Positions 1 to 10,981 of a stretch of 64,000 nt of DNA are shown here, one piece after another. Position 1 is the first letter of the stretch; each line of letters opens with the position of its first letter. Source of the stretch: Pelagomonas calceolata (Eukaryota); assembly GCA_918797485.1 (NCBI GenBank), contig CAKKNE010000002.1, forward strand, positions 3,162,001 to 3,226,000, written 5' to 3'. The translations under genes and the position numbers were made by a program. A model generated the notes under the pieces. The model was given only the letters and a program-made list of their open reading frames with translations, was not told where the DNA came from and did no database searches.

Positions 1-107
1 CTGACAGCGACAACGTTAGGCAGAGCTGGGTAAAAACAGTGCAATCCTACTCCGCGCGCTGCGGCAAACAGCTCTACAGCACAAGAGCCGGCGTCGGCGG
101 AGCAGCC

Positions 108-1592
108 ATGAAGCAATTCCAGCCGCTGGCTCCTTCCAGCACGAGACGCCCGCCGCTGCGGCCGCGGCAGTCGTCGGACGCCGGCACGAAGAAGTTCCGG
201 CCGCTCGTCGCGCGGAGCTCGACGCCGCCGCGGCCGCCGGGCGCGCGCGTCGGCGCCGTCGCGGCGGTGACGTCCCGCTTCCTGACGGGCGGCGCGGTCG
301 CGCGCGCGAAGTACCGCGCGCCGGTGCTGGCGCGAGCACCGGCGCCGGCGCCCGCGGCGCCACCGTCGCCCGAGACGCAAGAGCCGGACGCGCCACCACC
401 CGCAACGACGCCCGCTACCGCCGCGGCGACCACGACGGCGCCGCCTGTAACCACGCCCGTCGTCGTCATGCACAACGCGTGCGTCGAGCGGCACCTCGTG
501 CCCGCCGGCCACCAGGAGCGGCCCGAGCGCACGGCGTCGGCGCGGCGCGTCGCGCAGAATGTGGTGAGACGGCGCCCGGCCGCCGTCGGGGGCGCCTGGG
601 CCGCCGGCGCGAGCGTGAGTGGCGGCGACGTCACCGAGGCGATCCTGCGCGCGCACTCGGCGCGCTACTACGCGTCGCTCGAGGCGGCGACGGCGCGCGC
701 GACCTCGCCGGACGCGCGCGTCGAGCTCACGCCGGCGGGCGACACCATGGGCTGCGGCGACTCGCTGCTGGCCGCGCGCGCGGCCGTCGCTATTAGCATA
801 GAGGCCGTACGCGCCGCGCGGCGGGTCCCGTGCGCCGCGTGTTTGGTAAGACCGCCGGGCCACCACGTCGCGCGCGACGGGAAGACGGCCGTCGCGCCGA
901 GCCAGGGCTTCTGCCTGCTGAACTCCGTCGCCGTCGCGGCGCTCGAAGCATCAGCCAACGGCTTCGCCAAGGTGGCGGTCGTGGACTTCGACGTGCACCA
1001 CGGCAACGGCACCGAGGACATCTTAAGTGGAGACGACCGCTTCTTCTTCGCGTCGGTCCACGCGTTTGGTGGGGGGACCTACCCCGGCACCGGCGGCGCG
1101 CGGACCAAGAGCGCGGCGAACGTGCTCAACGTGCCGCTCCCGCCTCCAATAAAGAAGAGCGGCTTCCGGCGCGCCGTCGAGAAGATTGCCAGGAGGGTCA
1201 AGGCCTTCGGCCCGGATTTGTTGTTGCTGTCGGCGGGCTTCGACGGGCATAGGGACGATCTGGCGGACCTCGGGCGGTTGGACGAGGAGGATTATGGGAG
1301 GTGCACGAAGATATTGCTCGCGAGCTGCGGCTGCCCGTGCGTGTCGATCCTCGAAGGGGGCTACGGCCGCGACTGCGAGGGCGACGACGGCGTCGCGCGC
1401 GAGCCGGGCGCGGGGCTCGCGGCGGCGATCGACGACCAGCGCCTCCGGTCCTTCGACGCGTGCCTCGAGGCGCACCTCGACGCGTGCGCCGACCACTTCC
1501 ACGGCGCTGGGGCGACGCCGCCGACGCCCCCGGAGCCGGCGTCGCCGCTGGCCGTGGTGCGGCGGCTGTCGGAGGAACTGGAAGAAGAGTAA
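108..1592 (+). CDS. Zn-dependent histone deacetylase family protein (class II/AcuC-like) with low-complexity N-terminus
   Basis: Motifs HQERPER, RPPGHH, GFCLLN, DFDVHHGNGT, SAGFDGH, LEGGY. First in-frame ATG is at 108 (gccATG); the ORF track starts at a GTG at 39. Confidence 0.9.
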   Translation: MKQFQPLAPSSTRRPPLRPRQSSDAGTKKFRPLVARSSTPPRPPGARVGAVAAVTSRFLTGGAVARAKYRAPVLARAPAPAPAAPPSPETQEPDAPPPATTPATAAATTTAPPVTTPVVVMHNACVERHLVPAGHQERPERTASARRVAQNVVRRRPAAVGGAWAAGASVSGGDVTEAILRAHSARYYASLEAATARATSPDARVELTPAGDTMGCGDSLLAARAAVAISIEAVRAARRVPCAACLVRPPGHHVARDGKTAVAPSQGFCLLNSVAVAALEASANGFAKVAVVDFDVHHGNGTEDILSGDDRFFFASVHAFGGGTYPGTGGARTKSAANVLNVPLPPPIKKSGFRRAVEKIARRVKAFGPDLLLLSAGFDGHRDDLADLGRLDEEDYGRCTKILLASCGCPCVSILEGGYGRDCEGDDGVAREPGAGLAAAIDDQRLRSFDACLEAHLDACADHFHGAGATPPTPPEPASPLAVVRRLSEELEEE

Positions 1593-2097
1593 GTGTGTGA
1601 ACAAGTCACGGACGGTCGCGCGGTGGCGCCGCGTCGCGACTTTGAGTACCGGTCCGGGTCCAGGGCTGTCTTGGCGGTGTCGCGGATCGAAAAAAGGCGA
1701 ATTTCGGCGCGTGAGGTTGGCTTCAATTCCCAGGTCCGTTCAGATGAGCTCCAATTCCCCCAGGTAAAGGCACAAAGTGGCTTCGACATACGACGCGGCT
1801 CAAACGAGATAGAAACGCCGCGGCGCCCCGCCAAGCGTCGTAGCGAGGTCGTCGCGCTGCAGACAACGCGGAGAAAAAATAGTGCGCGGTCTGAGACGCT
1901 GCAGCCGAAGTTTAAGCTGCGGCAGAGCAGGCGAGGCATTCGTGGCACCTCCTCTCCCAAAAACCACAGAACGCGCCGCAAAACGCTGCGCAGCGGACGC
2001 CCACAGCCCAGCAATCAAGACCACAGCTGCGCGCCGCGCCACGTTCGAAAACAAGCGAGACACGCGCCTCACAACAAGCGTTCGAAGCAAAAAAACC

Positions 2098-4102
2098 ATG
2101 AAGCGCCCCGCCGCCGCCGCCGCCGTCGCGCCCAAGAAGCCGAAGAAGGACTACCCCACCGTCGGTACTATTATAGAGGCGAAGTGGTCGACGGAGTTCG
2201 GCCCCGGCAAGGAGTGGTACCGCGGGAAGATCGCCAAGGTCCACGCCGGCAAAACGTCCAGTAGAGATCCTAGTTTCGACGTGGCTTATGATGATGGCGA
2301 GCTCGAAGAGAAAGTACGGTGGGAGAACATAAGAGTTGTGGACCCGTCGACGCCCGCGCCGGTTTATGACTACGACGAGCCCGAGATCGTGGCTTCGAAG
2401 ACATCCCTCGAGCCCACGCGGCCGCGGTCGAAGCGCGAAATAAGAGCGCCGCAGAAGGGCCCCCTCGCCTCGGCCGCCCTCAGTCCTCCGCCTCAACCGA
2501 AGCCGCGACCTAGACAGCCCAAACAGAGGGCACCGCTGACCGTGAGACTCCCAAAACCGCCGCCGCCGAAGCCTCCCGTGCCCCAGAAGGAGTCCGCAAG
2601 GATGGTGCGGCAGTTGGTCAGGACCGATCGGGAAAAATTAGATCTGGAAACGGTCAGAGATGCCTTGAGGACGGACCCGATCAAGGACCAGGCGGATCAT
2701 GGGAGGGTGGGTGGCATGCTCGCTGGAAGAATAGGCGAGAACAAGTACGTCGTCGAGTACGCGACCGATTGCCGAGCGAAGTGCAAGCTCTTCTCCTGTA
2801 AAAGGTCGCTGTTCCTCGGCGAGCTGCGCATCGGCAAGGTGCCGCCCAGAGTGAACCCGTTGCAGAACAAAAGGGTGCACTGGTACCATCCCTCTTGTGT
2901 CTTCCAGTCGTTCCGGAGGGCGTCCAAAAAGACGAAACTCATAGACCACCCCGAGAAGGATTTGGAAGGATGGCACGCGCTGCAGCCCAACGACCGGGCG
3001 TTCATCGATTTATGTTTGCGGCGGTCGCGAGAAGCCCCCGGGGATTGGGCGCTCGACGAGGACACGTCTTCCAGTAATGCGCCGCCGGAGCCCGTCGACG
3101 GCGCCGCGGTCGATTTGTTACTGTCGTTACAGGCGCCGGGCGCGGCGGCGGCGGCGGCGCCGGCGGCGCCGCGACCGCCGACCTACGCGCCGCCCGTGCC
3201 GCGCTTCGAGCGGCCGGGGCAGAACGCCGCGCCGCGCTACGCGCCGCGCTACGGCGCCCCGCCGCCGCCGCTCTACGGCGCGCCGCCTCCGCCGCCCTTG
3301 GTGGCGCCGCAGCCAGCGTACGTCGGCCGCACGGGCGAGTACGCGTCGCCGGCCTCGCCGCTCCGCCAGCGGGCGCCGCCCCCGGCGCCGCCGCCGCAAC
3401 CACTACCCCAGTTTATGCCGCCGCCGCCGGCCTTCCCCGACGCGGCGGCCTACAACGCCGCCGTCTCCGCCGCGGCGGCCGCCGCGGACCCGCGCTACGC
3501 CGCGGCGGCGGCCGCGGCGGCCGCGGCGCACCACGCGCGGCGCCTCGCGCTCGAGACCGCGGGCGCGCCGCCCTACTACGTCCCCGGCGGCGCGCCGCCG
3601 TTCCTGCAGGGGCCGCCGCCGCCGATGGCGCCTCAGGTGCTGCAACAGATGCCGCCTCAGGCGGCGCCGCATCTGGCGCCTCAGGTGGCGCGTCAGACGC
3701 CGCCGGCTCCGGTTCAGGCGCCGCCTGCACAGGCGCCGGCTCTGGCGCCGGCCGCTCCGGTGGGACCAGGCGCACCCGCTACTGCGCCACCTGCCGCGCC
3801 ACCGGCCCCGCCGTCATCTGTGCCGCCGGCCGCGCCACCGGCCGGCCCTCCGCCGCAGCGACCGCCTCTGCTGGTGGCCGCCGCGGCACCGGCGCGGCCG
3901 CGGCCGCCGCTCGTGATGGTCGCGCCGCAAATCATGCGCCCGCCGCCGCAAATTCTCGCGCCCGCCGAGTTCGACGCGGCGCGGCGGCGCGGAGACCTCG
4001 CGGGCATGATGGCGGCGCCCCCGCCGCCGCGGCCCTACCCGTTCGTGCCGCCTCCGCCGCCCGCGATGGCGTTCCCGTTCGACGCCTCGGCGCGCGTGGG
4101 CG

Positions 4103-4133
<31 letters not shown>

Positions 4134-4176
4134 CGCTCCTGTGAAGCCGGAGCAACCCTCCCGCGTGATGATCTAG
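2098..4176 (+). CDS. Tudor-like domain + PARP-type zinc finger + Pro/Ala-rich tail protein
   Basis: ATG at 2098 after an A-rich leader. Tudor-like: EWYRGKIAKV...FDVAYDDGELEEKV. zf-PARP pattern: VEYA-x3-RAKC...C...GELRIG...WYHPSC. Confidence 0.75.
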
Positions 4177-4291
4177 TGATAAAGGAGCTTGTTTGCAAAT
4201 GCTTCGTGTGCATCTCTCGGGTTTTCCACAGCAGCCTGAGGAGATACCGTCCCCGGGGCACAGCTTCCAGGGCTCGCGGACAAAATCGTGG

Positions 4292-4312
4292 GCTAGCGGC
4301 CTGTACACTAGC
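4292..4312 (+). promoter_or_regulatory. Upstream CTAG-box motif (3-nt deleted variant)
   Basis: GCTAGCGGCCTGTACACTAGC, upstream of the gene at 4539. Confidence 0.6.
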
Positions 4313-4538
4313 AAGCAAGCATAACTAAACCGCGCGGCAAGCCCGTATCGGCCACTGATCGGGACAAAATTAGTCGCGGCACAATCACAAACGCTACGTA
4401 AACGGCTCATTGAGCCGAAATCGGCTGCATAGGAAATCCTAGTGGGAGTTACATTGGACGTTAGTGAAGAGCACAACAGCGGTTTTTGGACTCGCGCGCG
4501 GCGCAAAATTTCAGTTTCAGCGTCGAGAGGAGTAACAT

Positions 4539-5376
4539 ATGTCACCAGAAAACGTACAAGTCTCGCGCCGCGCCGGCGCCCTCGCCGCGGCCATGAACGC
4601 CCGCCGCGTCCAGCGGGCGCGACTCCGCGCGGCGTTCTTCAATCGGTGGCGCGCGACGACCCTCGCGGCCGCCGTCCACGCGACGCGACGCCTCTTGGAC
4701 CCGACGCCCCGACCGGAGCCGAGCCCCGAAGCGGCTATCGGTGCCTTACGCCGCGATCTCGCGCGAGTGCTCGTGAAGGACTCGGCGCTCGACGAGAGCT
4801 GCATCAAGGCGGCCGCGGCGCGAGCGAGCGCCAAGCGGCGGCGGCGCCCGCTCACGCCCATTTCGCCGCCGCCGCCGCCGCCTTCGGTTCAGAAGGAGAA
4901 CGTCTCGCCGGGCGCGCGGCGCGTCAAACAACTCGGCCGCGGCATCCGACGGCTCTACGACGCCTACGCGACAACGCACGCGAAGAAGCTCTTCCCCGAC
5001 GCGGCAGTGGACCTCTTCCGCGACTGCGGCGTCGTCCCGGCGCACGCCTCCGCGGATGATATCAAGGCGGTCGTAGGAACGGAGCCGATCGACTACGGCG
5101 GCTCGTCCGCGGCGTCGACGCGTCGTGACTTCGACGTGGATCGATCGCGGCGATGCCGTGCCGGCGGACGCTGGCAACGACTCGGTTCACACAGGCTTCT
5201 GCAGGGCCGTCGCCGAGCTCGGCCACGTGTGCTTCTGCCGCGCCGTCGACGTCGAGGGCGTCGGCCGCGTCTGGACGCCTGCCAGGGACGACGACCCGCT
5301 CCGCGCGCTCTTCCGCGTGATCTCGTCGTCGAAGGCGTTCTACGCGGCGCAGAAGCACTCCGCAGCGCTCTGGTAA
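4539..5376 (+). CDS. Hypothetical protein, probably two exons (4539-5100, 5195-5376)
   Basis: Coding-like frame switches between EPIDYG and GFCRAVAEL. A phase-1 GC-AG intron ending cacacag at 5194 restores the frame. Start could instead be 4593. Confidence 0.5.
5101..5194 (+). other. Putative GC-AG intron (donor could also be 5098)
   Basis: gctcgt...cacacag|g; removal joins two coding-like frames. Confidence 0.5.
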
Positions 5377-5419
5377 ACATCAAAACTTAAACGAGGGGGC
5401 GGGGACAACTTCCACAACT

Positions 5420-5803
5420 TCAGTTCTTGCCGTTCTCGTCCTGGTACTTCTCGAGCGCCGACTTCCAGCCCTTGGGGTAGACCGACGCCTGCATGTGCCA
5501 GCCCTCCTTGAACCAGCGGCCGAAGATCGGCCCGAGCTTGCTCTCGTCGGGCCGGAAGTCGCCCGCGACGCGCAGGTTGATCTCGTCGGGCTCGTAGCCG
5601 AGCTGGGCCTGGATGATGTGCTTGAGGTCGAGGACGTCGTAGTCGTACTCGATGGGGATCTGGAAGGGCGCGAAGGACTGGTAGTTGCCGTCGCTGCCTT
5701 CCGGGCCGACGCCCATGATCATGATGTAGCGGTGGTCGTCGTCGAGGTGGTACATGGGCACCTGCTGCTCGAGCACCGCCGCGGGGTCGGCGCAGACGGG
5801 CAT
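5420..5803 (-). CDS. Small protein with ubiquitin-like fold pattern
   Basis: Strong GC3 codon bias. VLDLKHIIQAQLGYEPDEINLRVAGDFRPDESKL follows the V..LK..I....G......L...G....D...L Ubl pattern; no C-terminal GG. Confidence 0.6.
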   Translation of the reverse strand: MPVCADPAAVLEQQVPMYHLDDDHRYIMIMGVGPEGSDGNYQSFAPFQIPIEYDYDVLDLKHIIQAQLGYEPDEINLRVAGDFRPDESKLGPIFGRWFKEGWHMQASVYPKGWKSALEKYQDENGKN

Positions 5804-5820
5804 CGTGCGATTTTATGCGC

Positions 5821-5926
5821 CTGCGCGCGGCGGTGGCGTTTTGGGCGGCGACGGCGGCTCGTCTCGCGGCCGCGTCGACGGCGCCTTCGCGGTGACGGCA
5901 CGCCATCGATGCGACAGTGGTGTGAC
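5821..5926 (-). other. Putative 5'-UTR intron (GT-AG, 106 nt)
   Basis: Minus strand aag|gtcaca...gcgcag|gc ends 17 nt before the ATG and contains the shared intron motif. Confidence 0.5.
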
Positions 5927-6089
5927 CTTCAGACGGGGCGCGCGCAGCGCGTAGAGCGACGTTCGCGCTAAGAATTGCGTTGATTGCTCGCGCGTAAATG
6001 CAGCTTTGATTTGAACATGAACTCACCACGAATGCTTCGCGCACGAGCGAACAAAGAGCCCAAAACCAAGTCGCCTCGGCCTTGCTCTT

Positions 6090-6113
6090 GCTAGTGTCTT
6101 ACAGGCCGCTAGC
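6090..6113 (-). promoter_or_regulatory. Upstream CTAG-box motif
   Basis: Reverse complement is GCTAGCGGCCTGTAAGACACTAGC; lies between divergent genes. Confidence 0.7.
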
Positions 6114-6285
6114 AAAAACCCCAGCGCCACGACCTATCCGAGCGCGACGCACGCGCTCCGACGGCTCCTTCCGGCCCGCGCCACACAACCCACGGAGAGA
6201 CGAGGCTCGGCGCGGCCCAGCGGCAGTCTGTGCAAATCGAGCAGCCTCCAATTGATCGCCCGGGCAGCCCCCGCGGTGGCAAATC

Positions 6286-7779
6286 ATGGGCCTCAGGCCA
6301 TGGCTCGCCGCCCTGCTCCCGCTGATCGGCGCCCAGACGCCGGCCCCGACGACTGGGCATGAGTGCCCCCCACCGACAACCTTGGACTGCGCCGCGGGTT
6401 TAAGGCCGTCGCGCTTCGTCGCCCCCTCGCCGACGGGCGGCCTGCGGCCGGACTGCCCCGGCGCGGCGCGCTTCCTGCGGCCGGACCCCTTGACAGGGGC
6501 CGTCGTCGAGGTGTGCGCGAGCCACCCGAACGGGACGCAGGTCGAGCCCCGGGCTTTGCCGGTGAGGGACTGCGGCGAGGCTAGGATTGGTGGCTTGGCT
6601 GCTTATTTGGAGCATGTGTACTACGCGTCCGGGAGCGGGGTGAGAAGGATTACTGGTAATCAAGATATCGAGATCGCCGGCGCCGTCGGCGAGATTGTTA
6701 TCAGGGGCGCGAATTTCGGTGAAGATTTGGAGTACCTCGAGATCCGCGCGAAGCACTGCAAATCGTTGATAAGGATATCGTCCGAGGAGCTGCGATGTCG
6801 CACCGGCGACCCTGGTTGGGTCGGGCCTAGAGCATCACCTTTGGACCGGAATTGTATCGTGGCGAAGACGACGAAGGGCGGCGTTGGTGGCAGCACGGAG
6901 CCCTGGGCGTCGCGGTATCGCGAGGCCGAACTTGGTGACCACGCGCCGCCGGCAATTTTTGATGTGGAGGTCTCATTATCTATGGCGTTGCGGACGCGCG
7001 CTGTTGCCGTTGATGGGGATGGTTCTGTGTTTGCGTCGTCATTGGGTTCTGAGGACGTCTTTGGTGGGATCATAAAAACGACCGAGACTGATGTACAAGT
7101 GTTCTTGAGAGACGCGCCGCGGATACTGGGGTTGCTATTTGTGGCGGATGAGAAGTGCGGTCTCTTGTACTACGCCGACGCGTCGCGACGGTTGATTGGT
7201 AGAAGGTCTGCTTGTAAGGCTGGACGCGCGGGCGACGCGCACGAAACAATTGTGATGAAAAATGTCGACGAGCCGCGCGGGTTGTCCCTGGACCCGTCTT
7301 CACCAAATCATCTGTACGCCGCTTCATCAAATGATATCATCCGGATAGACCTCGAGTCGGGCAAGACGGATATTGTTATTAGGGGGCAAGCGCACGACGC
7401 GCCGGACGGCGTCTTGGTGTTGCCGCTTCCCGACAATGCGCAATTGAGAGGAGACCGGAGCCTGCGGCTGCTTTGGTTGGATGCTAATAGAGTATCGGTA
7501 AGGGCCGCAACTACTGCGGGAACTCGCGCGCGCACGCTGAAAACACCACCAGAAGCTTTGCGCTTCCCGCGGGCCCTCTCACTGAATACGGATGGGAGGT
7601 TATTGGTCGGCGAGTGGCTCGGGCGCATCTGGTCATTATCTCAAAGCATGAGGGACGGCGAGCTGCTCCGGCCCGACGCGTCGACGGCGGCCGCGGCGGG
7701 CGTCCGCGCGGCGGTTGAAAATGAGGAGCTGAGGCGGTCGCGGCTCCAGCCGGCGCTGTATACGCTGCTGAAGGTGTAA
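6286..7779 (+). CDS. Secreted protein with IPT/TIG-like segment and beta-propeller (YWTD/NHL-like) repeats
   Basis: Signal peptide MGLRPWLAALLPLIGA; IVIRGANFG; LYYAD, PRGLSLD, PDGVLV, LLWLD, FPRALSL propeller-like motifs. Confidence 0.6.
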   Translation: MGLRPWLAALLPLIGAQTPAPTTGHECPPPTTLDCAAGLRPSRFVAPSPTGGLRPDCPGAARFLRPDPLTGAVVEVCASHPNGTQVEPRALPVRDCGEARIGGLAAYLEHVYYASGSGVRRITGNQDIEIAGAVGEIVIRGANFGEDLEYLEIRAKHCKSLIRISSEELRCRTGDPGWVGPRASPLDRNCIVAKTTKGGVGGSTEPWASRYREAELGDHAPPAIFDVEVSLSMALRTRAVAVDGDGSVFASSLGSEDVFGGIIKTTETDVQVFLRDAPRILGLLFVADEKCGLLYYADASRRLIGRRSACKAGRAGDAHETIVMKNVDEPRGLSLDPSSPNHLYAASSNDIIRIDLESGKTDIVIRGQAHDAPDGVLVLPLPDNAQLRGDRSLRLLWLDANRVSVRAATTAGTRARTLKTPPEALRFPRALSLNTDGRLLVGEWLGRIWSLSQSMRDGELLRPDASTAAAAGVRAAVENEELRRSRLQPALYTLLKV

Positions 7780-7961
7780 GGCATTTAACTGAAGCTTTCG
7801 CTGTTCGACACGGGTTTTTCAAGCTTTGTGCGCAGCTTTGTAGTTTTACGCGGCCGCGCTACTTTGTGGCTCTCCGCATTTCACGCTTCATCGGCAGATA
7901 ATACCGATAACAACCGCCGAGCGCTCTATATAGAGCCAAAACACAAGCCAAAAGCTTGAAG

Positions 7962-9198
7962 TAGGGGCACTTTAGGTCCGGGTTTTGGGGCCCTGGAGGA
8001 CGGCTAGCCGCGTTTTTCGCGCGGATTTTTGTACCGAGCCCTGCACCGGGTCGATTACGACCCCGCGGAGGTGGTTTGGGGCTGGGGGCGACCGCCTCTG
8101 ATTTAAGGGAATTTATTTCGTGACGAAAAATGGCCTCGGGATGGGCAACGGTACACTAAATCGACCCGAGGTGAGCCCTTAGCCCGCGGGATAGCTCCGA
8201 TGACACCCGGCGATAGCTGGTGCAACTCATACCCGCCCAGGTGGGGAGGGTGTGCGTGCGGCCCGGCAGTAGGCTTATCGGCTCGGGGGTTCGTACGGGA
8301 ACAAGAACTTGCACCATACAGCTCCACAGCTCAACAGAAGCACCCTCGGGGACCACATAGCTTCCCCGCTCCTCGGAGGCGTCGTAGGAGACCATTTCAA
8401 GAAATGTGAATTTTGGCCGCTTGTTCGATGGCTTTTGCGGCTCCAGCGCGGAGTCAAAACGCGAGAGGCCCGATCCGGGCACGATTCCGCCGGCTAGAGG
8501 GACACATTCGCTCGAGGGGGATGGCGGTCACCGACGGTGGGGAGCTCGTAACGGCGGATAACGGGGGCGACAATATTTTGGCTTTCCACGCCATCGCCGC
8601 GATTCCCATCAGGAAAGCCTCAACCAACTCGAAAGGTCACCACGCGGTGGTATGAATAGTATCGATGCCTCGGGTACCGCGTTTTCGACCAGGGTGCTGC
8701 TACGTGGCTTTCCAAAGCCTCGACAGAAGCGCCGCACAAACGGCTTCGCGCCGAGCCGTTATGACCTGCCCATCGTCGGTCGTGTCCATTTTCCTACAGC
8801 GCAGGTGTTGGCGTCATCGCTGAAACACCCCCTGAACACCCCATCTCGCGTCTCGAGATCGTAATCATGGTAATGCTAAGCTGCTGGTTTTGGCGTGCTG
8901 GTGGTCCGTGAGCGCTGCGGTTGGTTCTCTCTTTCTCGGCAGGGCTGCAGCGATGCAGGGTGAGCACTGCTATGTACTCACATCTCTCCTAATCGTCTAC
9001 GCTGGCCAGCACGCAGCGTTTAAAGACGAAATCGGGCCATCCAGAGCTCGTCTCGACGCGAGAGCCGATTCGCGCAAAGGAGCTATAACTTTGCGGAGGC
9101 GTCGCCGGAGCCCGTCCGACAGCCCTCGAGGCCTAGGGGGAGCTATAGTCTCGTTTTCCTTTTGTTTGCTAAACCTGTTTTGTCTTAAAGTGCCCCTA
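7962..9198. mobile_element. Non-autonomous DNA transposon, 1237 bp, 13-bp TIRs, 7-bp TSD
   Basis: TAGGGGCACTTTA (7962-7974) / TAAAGTGCCCCTA (9186-9198), flanked by CTTGAAG at 7955-7961 and 9199-9205; no transposase ORF inside. Confidence 0.8.
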
Positions 9199-9245
9199 CT
9201 TGAAGAAGGTCTGGCCTCAAAGCGCCATACGCTAACGCGGCTAAG

Positions 9246-10355
9246 ATGGCGGCGGTCACAGTCGACGGGACGGTCGTCGAAGAAGAGAAGGTCGACCTGG
9301 AGATTCCTCAGGAGAAGGTCGACGTCAAGAAGGCGGACGAGGCGGAGCCCGAGAGCGCCGGCGGCTGCGACGTCTGCTTGCCGCCGAACGGGCTCATCGG
9401 ATGCGGCGCCTACGATTATAAATATCTCTGCCTGCCGTCGATGCCCTGGTCGCGCGGCGGCGTCGCGCCGCCCCAGTTCCTTGGGAAGGACGCCCGCTTA
9501 CCGCTACTCCTCGCGCTCGTGATGGGCTTCCAGCACGCGCTGGCCATGGTCGCGGGCATCGCCACGTCCGGCGGCATGCTCATCGCTGGCGACACGTGCT
9601 TCCCGTGGCAGTACGACAGCGCCATGTGCGAGGCCCAGAATTACCTCGTCAGCGCCGCCTGGATCACGTCCGGCATCCTCACGATCATCCAGGTCTTCCG
9701 CGCAAAGATACGGGGCACGCCCTACTATTTGGGTACGGGCCTGCTCTCGGTCATGGGTACCTCTTTTACCTTCCTACCGATCGCGAGAGAGATGGTCGCC
9801 CGCTGTGTGGAAATCAAAATTTTACGGCGCGTTCAATCGTCACGTCGTCCTCCACGCCATCGACGCGACGCCTGCTCGATGGCGTGGCGATGCCGGTTCC
9901 TCGCCGCTCGACCGAGCCAGGACGGCCGCGTCATCGCCAAGAATTGTCGGGTACGCGCCGGCGACGTGCGAGGTCAACGGCTACACGTGGTGCGGACCCA
10001 GCGTTGCGTCGAGCTCCACGCCATCGATGCGACCCGCTCCGCTCGCAGGCCGTCGGACGCCAACGACTTCGACACGACGTGTGCCGCTGTGTCGGGCGTC
10101 TTCACGCCGGCCGTGACCGAGTCCGAGACGACGCGCACATGCGCGAACGACAACGGCCGCTGCTGCAACCACTACAACAAGCGCGAGGACTCGCACCGCA
10201 CGACTCTGATCATCCTCCTCAAGACTCCGTATGCGATAGGCACGATCGCCGCGCTCTTCCTCCACCTGTTGCTGCCCGAGGACCGCGTCCTAGACGAGGA
10301 GAAGGAGCACTACCCGCGGGCCTTCTCGGACGGCGAGATCGCCTACGAGACCTGA
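9246..10355 (+). pseudogene. Nucleobase:cation symporter-2 (xanthine/uracil permease) gene lacking its central part
   Basis: N-terminal LALVMGFQHALAMVAG and YLGTGLLSVMGTSFTF, C-terminal TPYAIGTIAALFLHLLLP. Only intron-like sequence and a short loop lie between them; most TM helices and the NCS2 signature are missing. Confidence 0.6.
9990..10048 (+). other. Putative 59-nt GT-AG intron
   Basis: tg|gtgcgg...ctcgcag|g joins GYTW to PSDANDF; contains CCACGCCATCGATGCGAC. Confidence 0.5.
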
Positions 10356-10513
10356 GCGCCACGTTCCACGGTCATGCTGCACACACGTCCGACGAGTCCT
10401 GATGCTGCACACATTCCATCTGTTCCCACCAAACACCCATCACATAGGAATAACATGTATAGTCGATCAAGGTCTCCTTCTTTCTTCGCTTCCTCAGGAG
10501 TACAACGAACAAG

Positions 10514-10774
10514 TTATTTTACCCTCGCGAAAAGCTGCTCCAGGAGCGCCGCGTGGTCGACGGGCGCCGCATGGTTGAGCGGCAGGGCCGAGTCGCCGCG
10601 CGTCAGCGGCGAGATCCAGGCGCGGGGCGGCGGCGGGCCGGCGCGCGCGTCGGTCGCGAAGCCTTGGCGCTGCTTGTGCCGCGGGTTCTTCGTGCACCGC
10701 ACGTAGAGCGTCTTGCCGCGGCGCACCATGTAGCAGTGCTCGCACAAGCGCTTGACGGCACTCTTGATCTTCAT
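10514..10774 (-). CDS. rpl36: Ribosomal protein bL36 (organellar, probably mitochondrial) with C-terminal extension
   Basis: MKIKSAVKRLCEHCYMVRRGKTLYVRCTKNPRHKQRQG is the canonical bL36 pattern. Confidence 0.92.
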   Translation of the reverse strand: MKIKSAVKRLCEHCYMVRRGKTLYVRCTKNPRHKQRQGFATDARAGPPPPRAWISPLTRGDSALPLNHAAPVDHAALLEQLFARVK

Positions 10775-10981
10775 CGCACGCGTCGCCGGGCGCGAGTGGC
10801 AGCAAGAGTGCTACACCACCTGGTGCTGCCGGTGTACGGCGCCCGCGCACGAGCGAGTTGCTGCGGCGGTTTCTGTGCTTCGCAGGCGTGCTGCTGCGAA
10901 AGTCGCACTTCCACGGGTACCCTCGCTCTCCCTAGCTAACCAATGCCGCGATAATCTGCGTGAAGCTAAAGTCTGCGTGTA

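Noticed and set aside
8103..8864. Short ORFs inside the TIR element as transposase fragments
   Set aside because: No DDE, BED-finger or dimerisation motif is recognisable, and there is no host-like codon bias.
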